From Octopus vulgaris (Eukaryota): a stretch of 64,000 nt of DNA. This document shows, in pieces, positions 24,576 through 36,219 of this stretch (its first letter is position 1; each line of letters begins with the position of its first letter). The stretch is from assembly GCA_951406725.2 (NCBI GenBank), contig OX597816.1, positions 100,750,001 through 100,814,000 of the forward strand. The letters run 5' to 3'. The notes beneath the pieces are model-generated. The model had not been told where the DNA came from, did not search any database, and was given only the letters and a program-made list of their open reading frames with translations. A program made the translations under genes and the position numbers.

Positions 24576-25063
24576 TGACCTGTTGAGGCAAGTGAGAATC
24601 AGAATCGAAATCGATCAATGGAAATTGCAGCTGAGTTACCAGTGCCGGTGGCACGTAAGAGAACCATCCAAACGTGGCCATTGCCAGCACCGCCCCGGCT
24701 GGCCTCGTGCCGGTGGCACGTAAAAAGCACCATCCATTTGTGGCCATTGCCAGCCTCGCCTGGCCCCCGTGCCGGTGGCATGTAAAAAGCACCATCCATT
24801 TGTGGCCATTGCCAGCCTCACCTGGCCCCCGTGCCAGTGGCACATAAAAAGCACCATCCGATCGTGACCATTTGCCAGACTCGTCTGGCACGTAAAAAGC
24901 ACCAACTACACTCATGGAGTGGTTGGCGTTAGGAAGGGCATCCAGCTGTAGAAACATTGCCAGATCAAACTGGGCCTGGTGCAGCCTTCTGGCTTCCCAG
25001 ACCCCAGTTGAACTGTCCAACCCATACTAGCATGGAAAGCGGACGCTAAACGATGATGATGAT
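24576..25063 (+). mobile_element. RTE-family 3' UTR fragment with internal ~60-bp tandem repeats and (GAT)n tail
   Basis: About five copies of GTGCCGGTGGCACGTAAAAAGCACC (24642-24903), then the conserved RTE terminus. Confidence 0.9.
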
Positions 25064-25740
25064 ATGATTCTCTTAGAAATTCCACATGTTTCTTACTAGG
25101 TATTACTATTGGCATATTACTTAAATTAGTTACTATTTTCTTTAGCAGTGATATTTCACTCCAAAATATATAATGGCACTAGGAGTTCAAATCCTGCTGA
25201 GAAAACTTAGCTTTTCATCGTTTTAAAGGTGGTAAACAAAGTATAGCCCTGTATTGGAGCTGATTCCTCCCTTTCTCACTTTATGAAAGAAATTGGTCAT
25301 GATCAGGCCTGGAAAGAGATGGGCTCTGTCATGTCTAAAATGACCCCCTGATAGCATGCCATAAGTCATGATAGCATCCCTCCAAACTCATCATGGAGTT
25401 AAGGGCTTAAAGCAAACCATCCCTCTAGTAATATAAAGGAAGTTAGGATCCTGATATAAGTTTCAATTTTGAAAATAAAAACATTGAAATAAATTAGATT
25501 TTTAATATTTTCTTTTCATGCCGTAAAAATCATGAAATACTATGTCCAATAAACCTGGAAAAGTACATCAAAATACTTTTTTTTTTTTTTGGTACTGCAA
25601 AAAACAATTTTTTCAGCATAAGAATTATTAAACTATTTATGATTAACAGTTTTCTTCAAAAGTAATTGGAGAAATACCGATGATATACTTTTCAAAAAAA
25701 TTATAAAATTTGTATTGATATCAATATAAATACATCCTAT

Positions 25741-25885
25741 ATTCTGAGTTCAAATTCCGCCAAGGTCAACTTTGCCTTTCATCCTTTCAGAGTTGATAAA
25801 TTAAGTACCAGTTGTGTACTGGAGTCAATCTAATTGACTGGCCCTTTCCCAAAAATTTCAGGCCTTGTGCCTAGAGTAGAAAAGA
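25741..25885 (+). mobile_element. tRNA-derived SINE (gcctttcatcctttc central domain), 5'-truncated
   Basis: B box GAGTTCAAATTCC, then gtcaactttgcctttcatcctttcagagttgataaattaagtaccag; same family at 13826, 27120 and 44745. Confidence 0.85.
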
Positions 25886-27119
25886 AAATTAAATATGTCC
25901 ATGACCATCTTATTGTGCAAAAGATCAAGTTCCAGTATAGAGTTTACAAACCATATCTATTTGTTATAAGGTTTCTCTGACTAAGTAGAATTAAAAAAAT
26001 GTAATAGATAATGCACACTACAACTATTTTGTAAAGCATTTCAAGTTTCTAACTTGAAGCTAATTACAATTTTAATGTTATTGTCAGTCATGTCAGACAC
26101 TAGATATTAGATTTGCTAATCAAATTTATTTAATACTGTGACAGTATCAGTTAATATTAAATTAACTGATCTAATTAAATTTAATAAAAATCATCGTATG
26201 AATTATTTTGCCTCACTGAAATTCTGCTTACAATAAAAGTAAAAAAATATTTATGTAATGTTTCTTAGTTCACCACAATATATACCATCTATAATAATTA
26301 TTCTCATAATGTACGCTAAAATTTTCTGATTAATTTGACTACCTTACACCATTAGATCTTTGGTCAATTATTTTATATTATTCTCAAGGATTACAAGGCA
26401 ACAAAAATAGTATTTTCATTAATTGCATTACTACTGAATATTTAAATACCAGCACAATCTCTATATGCATTGAAATTCACGTGGTATTGGGCCCCACAAT
26501 ACAAATGCTGTATTAGCTAAAACATTATATACAAACACTTTGGGGTGGAGGTGGGGGAAGTGTTTGTTTAACCACAAAATACTGGTTATAGACATAACTA
26601 TGTGTTTTAAAAGTTTGCTTCAAAACACATTATTCCAAGTCCAATTTCAGAGCTGCACTATGTGAATGAAATTAGATAGAAGCCCATTTCATGTGCACGT
26701 GTGTGTGTGTGTGTGTGTGTGCATGCGTGTGTGTACAGAGGGAGGTATGGCTGTGTATAAGTGTACGTATGGCTGTAGAAATGTTTACGTCCCAACAACA
26801 GTCATACTAAATTATTATAAATTACATCCTGACTCTGTGATGTGTGTGTGTAATGATCACTTAGCTCTCACTGTCCCAGCCAACATAGCTGTAAGTGATA
26901 TAATTGACAGAAATTAGCAGTTTCATAATGTAAAATTGAGTGTTAGATAGCAATTCTTAATTCTATTCTACTTTTGAGTACACTTGGAGATATATGGGCA
27001 CCCACTAAACAGTTATTGCCTAGTAGAGTTTCCAATAAGGCAGTAAGTTAATAGTAATTGTGCTTTTAAATAAGTCCATGAAAGAAATCATTTTTGTTGG
27101 CAATATCTAAGAGATATTT

Positions 27120-27335
27120 AAGGTGGAAGACAGGTAGAATTGTTAGCACACCAGGTGAAATGATTAGTAGCATTACATCTGTATTTCATTATCAGTTCAA
27201 ATTCTGCCAAGGTCAACTTTGTTTTTCATCCTTTCAGGGTTGGTAAAATAAGTATTAGTTGAACACTGGGGTCGATGTAATCAACTTACCCCCCCCTACA
27301 ATCTTGGTAGTGTTGTGCCAAAATTTGAAACCAGT
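27120..27335 (+). mobile_element. tRNA-derived SINE (same family as 25741)
   Basis: ggtagaattgttagcac head, gttcaaattctgccaaggtcaactttg...catcctttcagggttggtaaaataagta. Confidence 0.8.
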
Positions 27336-28326
27336 CTCTAAAAGATATTTGATCTTTATTACAACTAAACATATATTCACTTTTACAGGTGGTAGTTCCA
27401 TTTTGTTTTGTGTTCTGATGATTTAGACTTCTAAAAAAAAGGTTGTTGTTTTTTTTTAACTTGAAAAGATATTTGGTAACAATTAAAAATCACTAATATT
27501 TGTAATATTGCATTGGAGAAATTATGTTCTAAATATATTGTAAAGCTAAAATCTAGTGTTATTACAAAATTATATGCCAATCAAGCCAAATTATGAAACT
27601 TATTGTCAAATATCTTTTCATCTACACTCCAATTTACTTTGGTGACATCATAAAATGTATTTTTCTGTAATTGCTCTTTTATTATATTATCTGAAGGAAA
27701 TACAGATCTAAAAATTTTCAAGTAATCATTTTATATTTTAAATAGCACTTTGATTACTTTGTTGCTGCAGTATCTAATAAATCTGTGAAATCATCCTCAT
27801 TTCATTTTAAAGCAAACCATGTAAAATAAATGCTAATTTCCTTTAATAATGTAGTATAATGTTTCAGGTCATCTCTGAAGAAGAAATTGTCCTCAAAGCC
27901 TGCTCCTAAGCAATTACCTGTCTTATATTATTCCTTTTTATATGTCAATTTTGTCACTTCCTATCCCCTTGTAATTTCCAATTGTTGACTCCTTCCTATT
28001 TCTATAGTTTCCCCACACTACTTTTCTCATTCCCTTATTTTTATTGTTAAAATCATGATGTTATTGTTTACAATAGCCGGATTGCATCTATATATAGAAG
28101 TGCAATCTTTTCCCTCTTGTTCTAAAAAATTTTTTCACCCACTATTTAAAGAGATACAATAATCATGTGCACATGCGCACACATACACACACAGATACAT
28201 ATACACAGGCACACATACACAGGCACACACACACACACATAACTTCTGTAATATACCTCTGCAATATTGTTATATGCTCATGCTATAAAATTGAGAAGGT
28301 AACATCTTTTTCCTGCTTTGATGCAG

Positions 28327-28383
28327 CAGCATGCTGGGTATTTCTCACCTAGAGCAAAGGGAAAACACTGCACACATAACCAG
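28327..28383 (+). CDS. Candidate alternative exon of the Tiam1-like gene (57-nt cassette, or first exon from ATG at 28321)
   Basis: Pyrimidine tract ctttttcctgctttgatgcAG, strong donor CAG|GTAAGC, open phase 0-0 frame QHAGYFSPRAKGKHCTHNQ. No homology or transcript support. Confidence 0.4.
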
Positions 28384-29878
28384 GTAAGCTGTGAACATAA
28401 CCTCCTGCTTGCCAGACCCAATATTGTACCCTATTAGCACTTGCTCACCTTGGTATTGGGGTAAAAATTTCACTGACCACTATACATATATATATATATA
28501 TATATATGTGCTTGGCAATATCATGAGATATTTTCCAAAACATAAGCAAATTTACAAAGTAAGTTGGTATGATAATTTTCATGAATTATACTTCATTAAA
28601 AGTAACTTCAATTCCATTAACTATTAATAAATTTTTTAAATCTTCAAAATTTTCTACATATTACTTTTAAATACAGTTTTCTAGCTAATTACAATAAAAT
28701 TTCTGAACTGTATAAATATAAAATATATTAGTTTGATCTAAGCCTAAAGGCTGAGAGAAAGCAAATTAATTATTGAATGCCTCTATGATATTCCAAGCAA
28801 GGTGATTTTTGGTGATGGTTGGATATGTTTAGTGGGAGAAAATTTATTTGTATATTGTCCATCTATTGTTGTACTAGTAAATGTCTTTAACCATGGATGA
28901 AAGAATTTGTCTTAACCTCTGTTGTGGTTCCATACTGTTTAATATTTGAATGACTAATATTTGCAACAAATTTGTGAAGTTGGTTGTTGTTTGAAAACAC
29001 AACTGTGCATCTGAATGTTATTGTAAATAACCAGCACTTATGTATCCAACAGAAGCAGTTTAGATGGAGTTTCTCTGACAATAATTATTCCATATACACA
29101 TTTGTTTGTGGCATGTGTATATGTTTCAAAATATACTTATTTCACTTTTAGTTCAATTTCTACACACATCATTTGTTATAATAATGTGATATTTCAATAA
29201 TGTGTAAACTGTTATATATAAACATAAGTGAGTGTGTGTGTGTATCTACACACACACACACTCTTACACGTGTGTGTGTTTCTATTGGTTTCACAAGATT
29301 TTAATATGAAACTATGGCTTCAAATAAATAATGTTGTACTTCAGGATGACATTCTTCCAATAAAAACACATGCACTGCTTGTAGTACACATCTATCTTAT
29401 CATCAATTTACTAATTAGTTGATTAATAAAATAATTAGTTTATTTTTCAGAATTATTTCCACACATTTGTAAACTTCTCAGTATCCCTTATTTGCACTTG
29501 CTCCATATTAGTATTGTACAATGTAACATTTATCTGTACCTAGCATTTATGTGTTTGGATATGTATATACTGCGTGTTTGTACAATTATAATTGGGGTGC
29601 TTGAGTTGTATGCACTTGTGTAAATGGATGTGTGTGTGTGTGAGAGCAAAGTTTTGTTGTCATCAAATGTTTTGGTATTTGTTTTCATAATATGGACACA
29701 CAAACATACACAGACACCTATTTATATTTGCTTTTATACATTTTCTTTTATTGATGACAAAACTTGCATTCCTGTTCTAAAAATTTGCAGCTTATGGCTT
29801 TCTTTTCTCATAAGTTCATCTGTTTGTGTTTGTAAAAAATGTCTCTAGTGCATATATATGTATGTGTGTATGTATGCA

Positions 29879-29920
<42 letters not shown>

Positions 29921-30026
29921 TGATGATATATATATATATATATATATAAAGTGGTCACTATATGGCTCACTCTAGCACCAGTTAATCCAAAAGGTTTCAA
30001 CCACGAAAATACATGTTTATTATTAA

Positions 30027-30066
<40 letters not shown>

Positions 30067-30309
30067 TTGCTATTATGTTAAACTGCTGTATGTCTAAATT
30101 TGTCCAAATGCATTTTTTTCAATATTTATTTTTGCTTGCAATAGCCGTTTCATTTGGTCAAACTATCGTATCTCCAGCTGCTTCACAGGCCAAGATATCA
30201 AAAATTGCCAAACTGTAGTACAACAGTTTTGCTATGGAATGTTGAAAGTATATTTACGTTTTCAGAAATAACAATGTTTTAGACTTACAACATTTTTGCA
30301 TAATAGCAA

Positions 30310-30356
<47 letters not shown>

Positions 30357-31070
30357 CACATACATATATGGCAAATAAGAAAATGGAGAGGATATAAAAT
30401 CGACAGACATCATCCAGTAAACATTCAAGTATGTCTATTTATTCAATTGTAAAGGACGAATACACTCACATGTATTAGTTATACAGATTAGGAAGTGGAA
30501 AAATCCAGTAACTGCATAGACAAGGGTGTGAATACATATAAGTATATAGAAACAAATGAGCAACTGAGCAAATGAGCAAAAATACCCACCAGTGGATTTT
30601 ATAAATACCATGGATTTTATAAATACTTTGTGGGTTATCTGTACCTTATTTCCCCTTGCTATGCTCACATTATTGTACTCTGCTGTATTTCACTTATATT
30701 CTTATTTTTGCTCTTATTGTTTTTCTTATTCTACTCTATTTAAAAGGATAAGCATACCTTATCTATTCTTAATTGACTTTTATATGTGTTACCCCCCCCC
30801 CAACTACTTAGACCCTCTGAAAAAGCATAGGGGTACAACCATTATCCATGCCTTGTCTGTACATTCCTGCATAACATTTAAGTGGTGGAGATAACCTGGA
30901 AGAATTGGTTGCCTCTTGGCAGAAACAGTCGTAAGGAACTAGTACCTGCACACCTATTTATATTTTTGCTCATTTGCTCAGTTGCTCATTTGTTTCTATG
31001 TATTTATATGCATTCACACCCTTGTCTCTGCAGTTATCAGATTTTTCTACTCGCTAATCTGTATAATTAA

Positions 31071-32856
31071 AATAATAATAATAATAATAATGAAATTATT
31101 GTATACAGTGCTCAGGTGCACCACAACTTGTCAGAAAGTGCATATAAAGTACATGCAGTAATGTAGAAATGTCTGGAAAGCGAACAATGTATGAGTCAGA
31201 TACATGCCTGTGTGTGTATGGAGGGGAGAAAATCAAGTGTAGTGTTGGCGAATCTCAGGAAGCATGGAAGTTTTGAAGGATGCAGTGCTCCGACAACTAA
31301 CAACTGATGCCGGCAGTTTGTTCCATGCTTCAGCAACTCTCATCGTGAAAAAATGTTTCCTGAAGTCATGGGAGCTGTGCTGTTTTCTTACTTTGTAAAT
31401 ATGTCCACGGGTGTTAGATGGGTGGAGTTTGAAAAGGTGCTCAGAGTTATTGTTTGTACGATGGTTGATAATTTTATGGGTGTCTGCCAAGTCAGCTGCC
31501 AGACATCGGAGTTTCAATGTGTCCATGCCCAGGGAAGTAAGGCATTCAGGATATGGCAAATGCCTGATGGAGGGTATTCTTTTGGTTGCACGTTGCTGAA
31601 CAGCTTCCAGACGATTGATATCCTGGGCAAGATAGGGGTTCCAGACCGGTGATGAAAATTCCAGGTGAGGTGTTACCATAGCTATATAAAGCCACAGATA
31701 GATAGCCGGAGAGCAGCTCACAAAGGATTTGATGAGTGATGCCAAGACACCCTCTGCCTTCTTGACAATTTTAGCGATATGTTTTGTCCAACGCAAATCA
31801 CTGTCGACAATAACACCCAGGTCACGTTCACATGAAGACTTTTTGAGATTAGTGTTGTGGAGGGAGTAGGTGGACGCTGGGTTTCTCCTCCCAAAATGCA
31901 TGGTGGTACATTTGTCCACAGCCAGCTTGAGTTGCCAGTCCATGATCCACTGCTGCATTGTGTCCAGGTCTGCTTGCAATAGAGATCTATAGTGTACAGG
32001 ATTTGACCTCTTTATTTCGAGGTACAGCTTGATGTCATCTGCATATTTCAGCACTGTGGCATTCTTTAAGTTGGCATCTATGTCATTAACATATGCAACA
32101 AATAAAAGGGGGCCAAGAACAGATCCCTGTGGTACACCAGATGTCATCTCATAGGGCGAAGAGTGCTGTCCTAGAACTGTGATAACCTCTTTTCGGCTGA
32201 AAATAAAGGACTTCAACCAGTTATAGAGTTCGTCTCTTACACCCAATGCAGAAAGCTTCACCATAAGTCTTTTGTGTGGCACAGAGTTAAAAGCCTTAGC
32301 AAAGTCCAGGTAAACAACATCCACCCAGGATCCGCGATCAGTGATTTGGGTAACGTCCTCAAGAAACTCAATGAGTTGATTACAGCAGCTGAAGTTAGGA
32401 ATAAATCCAAATTGTGACAGCTGGATGAGGCTGTGAGACTTCCAGAAGTTCCAGAGGGTTTCTCTGATACAGGATTCCATCAGTTTGGTGATGCAGCTAG
32501 TAAGACTGACGGAGCAATAGTTGACAGGCGATGTGCGGTCGCCTTTTTTGAACAGAGGGATGACACTGGCAGTTTTCCACTGTTCTGGAATAACACCATT
32601 GTCAAGACAGAATTGGAAGAAAAGAGAAAGTTGGCTTAGAAGAAAGTACCCACCGCATTTGAGAAGTAGGTATGTAACACCATCGAGACCAGGAGAGGCA
32701 TAATTGCATTTATTCTTAAGGTGGCATTGCAGCATTGCTGGTGTAAATTGCATAGTAGATATAGAGTCCGATGTCAGTGGTGATGAAGATGGAACATTTT
32801 GGTCTTCGACAGTAAAGATGCCGGCATAGCATCCAGCAATGATTTCTGCACATTCA
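31071..32856 (-). mobile_element. CR1-clade LINE, 5'-truncated, with (TTA)n tail
   Basis: RT ORF, 3' UTR 31092-31232, (aat)n at 31071-31091; junctions fixed by comparing the two arms of the host element. Confidence 0.95.
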
Positions 32857-32861
32857 TACAT
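31233..32861 (-). CDS. CR1-type reverse transcriptase ORF (542 aa, no endonuclease domain), probably non-functional
   Basis: Motifs IPLFKKGD, QFGF, YLDFAKAFNSVPH, SGVPQGSVLGPLLF, KYADD, ERDLGV, FFTMRVAEAWNKLP. The start ATG lies in flanking sequence. Confidence 0.85.
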   Translation of the reverse strand: MYECAEIIAGCYAGIFTVEDQNVPSSSPLTSDSISTMQFTPAMLQCHLKNKCNYASPGLDGVTYLLLKCGGYFLLSQLSLFFQFCLDNGVIPEQWKTASVIPLFKKGDRTSPVNYCSVSLTSCITKLMESCIRETLWNFWKSHSLIQLSQFGFIPNFSCCNQLIEFLEDVTQITDRGSWVDVVYLDFAKAFNSVPHKRLMVKLSALGVRDELYNWLKSFIFSRKEVITVLGQHSSPYEMTSGVPQGSVLGPLLFVAYVNDIDANLKNATVLKYADDIKLYLEIKRSNPVHYRSLLQADLDTMQQWIMDWQLKLAVDKCTTMHFGRRNPASTYSLHNTNLKKSSCERDLGVIVDSDLRWTKHIAKIVKKAEGVLASLIKSFVSCSPAIYLWLYIAMVTPHLEFSSPVWNPYLAQDINRLEAVQQRATKRIPSIRHLPYPECLTSLGMDTLKLRCLAADLADTHKIINHRTNNNSEHLFKLHPSNTRGHIYKVRKQHSSHDFRKHFFTMRVAEAWNKLPASVVSCRSTASFKTSMLPEIRQHYT

Positions 32862-33142
32862 GTGAGTGTATTAATCCTTTACAATTGAATAAATAGACAT
32901 ACTTGAATGTTTACTGGCTGATGTCTGACGATTTTATATCCTCTCTGTTTTCTTATTTGCCATGTAAATCATTGGTAATCACTCTTTTACCCACGCCCAG
33001 ATATAATACTCAATTGCAAGATTGCCATGCAATAACTAGCACTTGACTATGAATAACTGGGTACACTACCAGCAGTATATTGGATAGAAACTATACTTTA
33101 GTTGGTTTCTCAACCTCTAACTCACACAGAAATATATATATA

Positions 33143-33187
<45 letters not shown>

Positions 33188-33292
33188 TGGGTATTAGTGC
33201 ATATATGCAAAAATCTCACCCAAAAACATTAGAGCAGTAATATCAAGACAATTGCTTGTTATGGCCAGAGGCATACATGTATATATATATAT

Positions 33293-33435
33293 GAAGAGCT
33301 TCTTTCAATTTCCATCTACCAATTCCTATCACAAGGGCTATAGCAGAAGACACTGTTCCAGGGTCTCATGAAGTAGAACTGAACCTGATATTATGTAGCT
33401 GTGCAGCAACCTTCTTAACCACACACCCACATGAA
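33293..33435 (-). mobile_element. CORE-type SINE 5' fragment
   Basis: Diverged reverse complement of the head of the 34792 family (gctatagcagaagacact...gaactgaacct). Confidence 0.7.
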
Positions 33436-33447
33436 CATGCATGCATG

Positions 33448-33492
<45 letters not shown>

Positions 33493-33884
33493 GCATTATA
33501 TATGTATATTTATGCACACATATGTATGTGTATAAACGTGTGTCTGTGTATTCATGTATATACATACATACTCATACAGAAACATATAGAAACTCAGACA
33601 CACACAAAAACCAATTACAGTGTATGAAACTAGTGTAGAGCAAGTGCAAATAGAAAGATATAATAAGAGCATAAAACTGTGACGCAAGTCAGTCAACTAC
33701 AAATTGATTACTTAATAAATTAATCAGTTAGTCAATTGATAATAAAATAGAACTCAGCTATTTGTGCACCTGATTTATTGGCAAAGTGCCCATTCCAACT
33801 TACACCATGTATATGCATAATATACATATAAATATACATTTGTAGGTGTCTGTGTTTGTTACACACACACACACATATATATAT

Positions 33885-33959
<75 letters not shown>

Positions 33960-34432
33960 CATATATATATATATATATCTACATCCACATTGAGAATTAA
34001 TCTATGCATATCAAAAACTAGTTCTACTCACACTTTTATAAATAAGAGCTTAGTTTTAAGTAAGAACTTAATTTATAGTTAAGGTTAATTAAGTGCTTAA
34101 TTAACCTTAATAAAAGGTTGTAAAAGTCCATGTTAGTACAGTACAATTAATCCAAGAGGGGTTGACCTGCATGTGTATACATAATTTGTGAAAATGATCG
34201 TTAAGAACCACGTATTTAGCAGAAAAGTATAGATTTCATATGAAGTTCATACTTTAATTGTGATGATTTGGGTAAGCACAGTTTCTAAATTACTTTAAAT
34301 TAAATTAATTAAAATTATGTATCACAACTATGCAATTATAGATTTGCTAGTGTTTATCTTAATGAAACAGCAGTAGAGCAGAAATGAAATATAAACTATA
34401 GTTGAAATTTATGTTTTCCAGCTTTTATGCTA

Positions 34433-34779
34433 GGCACAGCTGTGTGGTAAGAACTTTATTTCTCAACCACATGGTTTCAGGTTCAGTCTTCTACTATAGC
34501 CTCAGGCCAACCTTGTGAGTGGATTTAGTAGACAGAAACTGAAAGAAGCCCATTGCATATTGTGCATGTATACTTTTTGTTTGTGTTTGTTCCTAACCAC
34601 TGCTTGATAACTGATGTTGGTTTGTTGCATCCCTGTAACTTAGCATAATAGAGTGATAGAATGAGTACAAGGCTTTAAAAAAAATAGTTACTGGGGTCAT
34701 TTTGTTCGACTAAAATTCTCAAAGGTGGTGTCACAGTATGGCCACAGTCTAATGACTGACAGAAATAAAAGATAAAAGA
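34433..34779 (+). mobile_element. CORE-type SINE, older copy with deletions
   Basis: Colinear with the adjacent copy at 34792. Confidence 0.85.
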
Positions 34780-34791
34780 TATATATATATA

Positions 34792-35190
34792 GGCGCAGGA
34801 GTGGCTGTATGGTAAGTAGCTTGCTAACCAACCACATGGTTCCAGGTTCAATCCCACTGTGTAGCATCTTGGGCAAGTGTCTTCTGCTATAGCCCCGGGC
34901 CGACCAATGCCTTGTGAGTGGATTTGGTAGACGGAAACTGAAAGAAGCCTGTCGTATATATGTATATATATGTATGTGTGTGTGTATTTGTGTGTCTGTA
35001 TTTGTCCCCCTAGCATTGCTTGACAACCCATGCTGGTGTGTTTACGTCCCCGTCACTTAGCGGTTCGGCAAAAGAGATCGATAGAATAAGTACAGGGCTT
35101 ACAAAGAATAAGTCCTGGGGTCGATTTGCTCGACTAAAGGCGGTGCTCCAACATGGCCACAGTCAAATGACTGAAACAAGTAAAAGAGTA
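34792..35190 (+). mobile_element. tRNA-derived CORE-type SINE, near full length, inserted in (TA)n
   Basis: GGCGCAGGAGTGGCTGTATGGTAAG A box, GGTTCAATCCC B box, CTTGGGCAAGT core, 3' end shared with the CR1 tail at ~37500; many CpGs retained. Confidence 0.93.
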
Positions 35191-36219
35191 TATATATATG
35201 TGTGTGTGTGTGTGTGCTGAAAGTCAGTTCTAAACCTTCGAAATACAAATCAGGTTCAATGGTATTCCTCAACTTTCTAATTCTTTGCCAGTACTGTAAT
35301 CTTTAACTTTTAAGTACCTGCACAGTTAAATTCTGAAGTTTACTGACCCTCCCTTATATCTACTTTTGCATTCTCTTCATCCTTCAACACAACCATTATT
35401 TCTTCCCCATAATTCTTCTTACACACCTCTTCTGCAAGCAGCTGTTAGTCACTGATTCATTGGCTGATTGATTGAAGATTTGTGTGGAAGCAATTTGTTG
35501 TTTAACTTTACAATCTCTTTTAACTAATCTCTCAGCATTGTCAAAAAAGCATCTGAATGTTTAAATTATAAAGAGAAATCTTCTAAAAAATCTGTCCCAA
35601 AGCTGATAAGAGACAAAAATGGTTGAACATCAAATCAGAAAAAAATCAAGTAAACCTAGCACATTTGACCTAGTGTATATTATAGGTAACTGATTTGTAA
35701 TATTTTTGAGGGAGAGGCTTACATGTGTGTGTGTATTTTTTTTACCCCCATGAGCTTCAAACAATGCAAGCCATCAGGATTTGCCAATGATACAGCAGAA
35801 ATTCAATTTCTATTTATCTTGTCACCTTAACTTCCTTACTTGGAAGTCCATAGTATTTCAGACAGCTTGATAGGACAAACCAGTTTCATCAGCATTCAAC
35901 TATCTGATATGATCAGGCCTTCATTTGTAAATTTTCTTTGCAAAGGATCTCCACTCAAAGATTTGACTTGGGCTTTTTTGTTTACATTATCAGGCATTTT
36001 CTTTAAAAGGCCACAGCCACCCATCAATTACCTTAACATTAAGTACCAGGAGTTATTATAGTTGTACATGCAGATGTCAACTTGAGGCATTATATATTCA
36101 CACTGCAAAATCTCTCTTGAACATACTGTTAGCTTCTTCTAAGCTTTCTTTTTCCACATCCAATCCTCATATGTTTTCTACTACAAACTGCAGAGCCAAA
36201 TTTACTACTACTAACAATA

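Larger units (their letters stand above)
30367..32964. mobile_element. Foldback/MITE-like element with ~215-bp terminal inverted repeats; right arm split by a CR1
   Basis: 30367-30586 is the reverse complement of 30961-31070 joined to 32857-32964; TA on both flanks; ~370-bp non-coding core. Confidence 0.88.

Noticed and set aside
24642-24903. CRISPR-like array or overlapping ORFs (24520-25115)
   Set aside because: Tandem module of an RTE 3' UTR; the ORFs come from GC-rich repeat sequence.
31233-32861. Autonomous active LINE or domesticated RT gene
   Set aside because: 5'-truncated, no endonuclease or ORF1, start codon from the flank, and substitutions at conserved sites.
34792-34862. tRNA gene
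   Set aside because: A/B boxes belong to a SINE head; no full cloverleaf, and it continues into a repeated SINE body.
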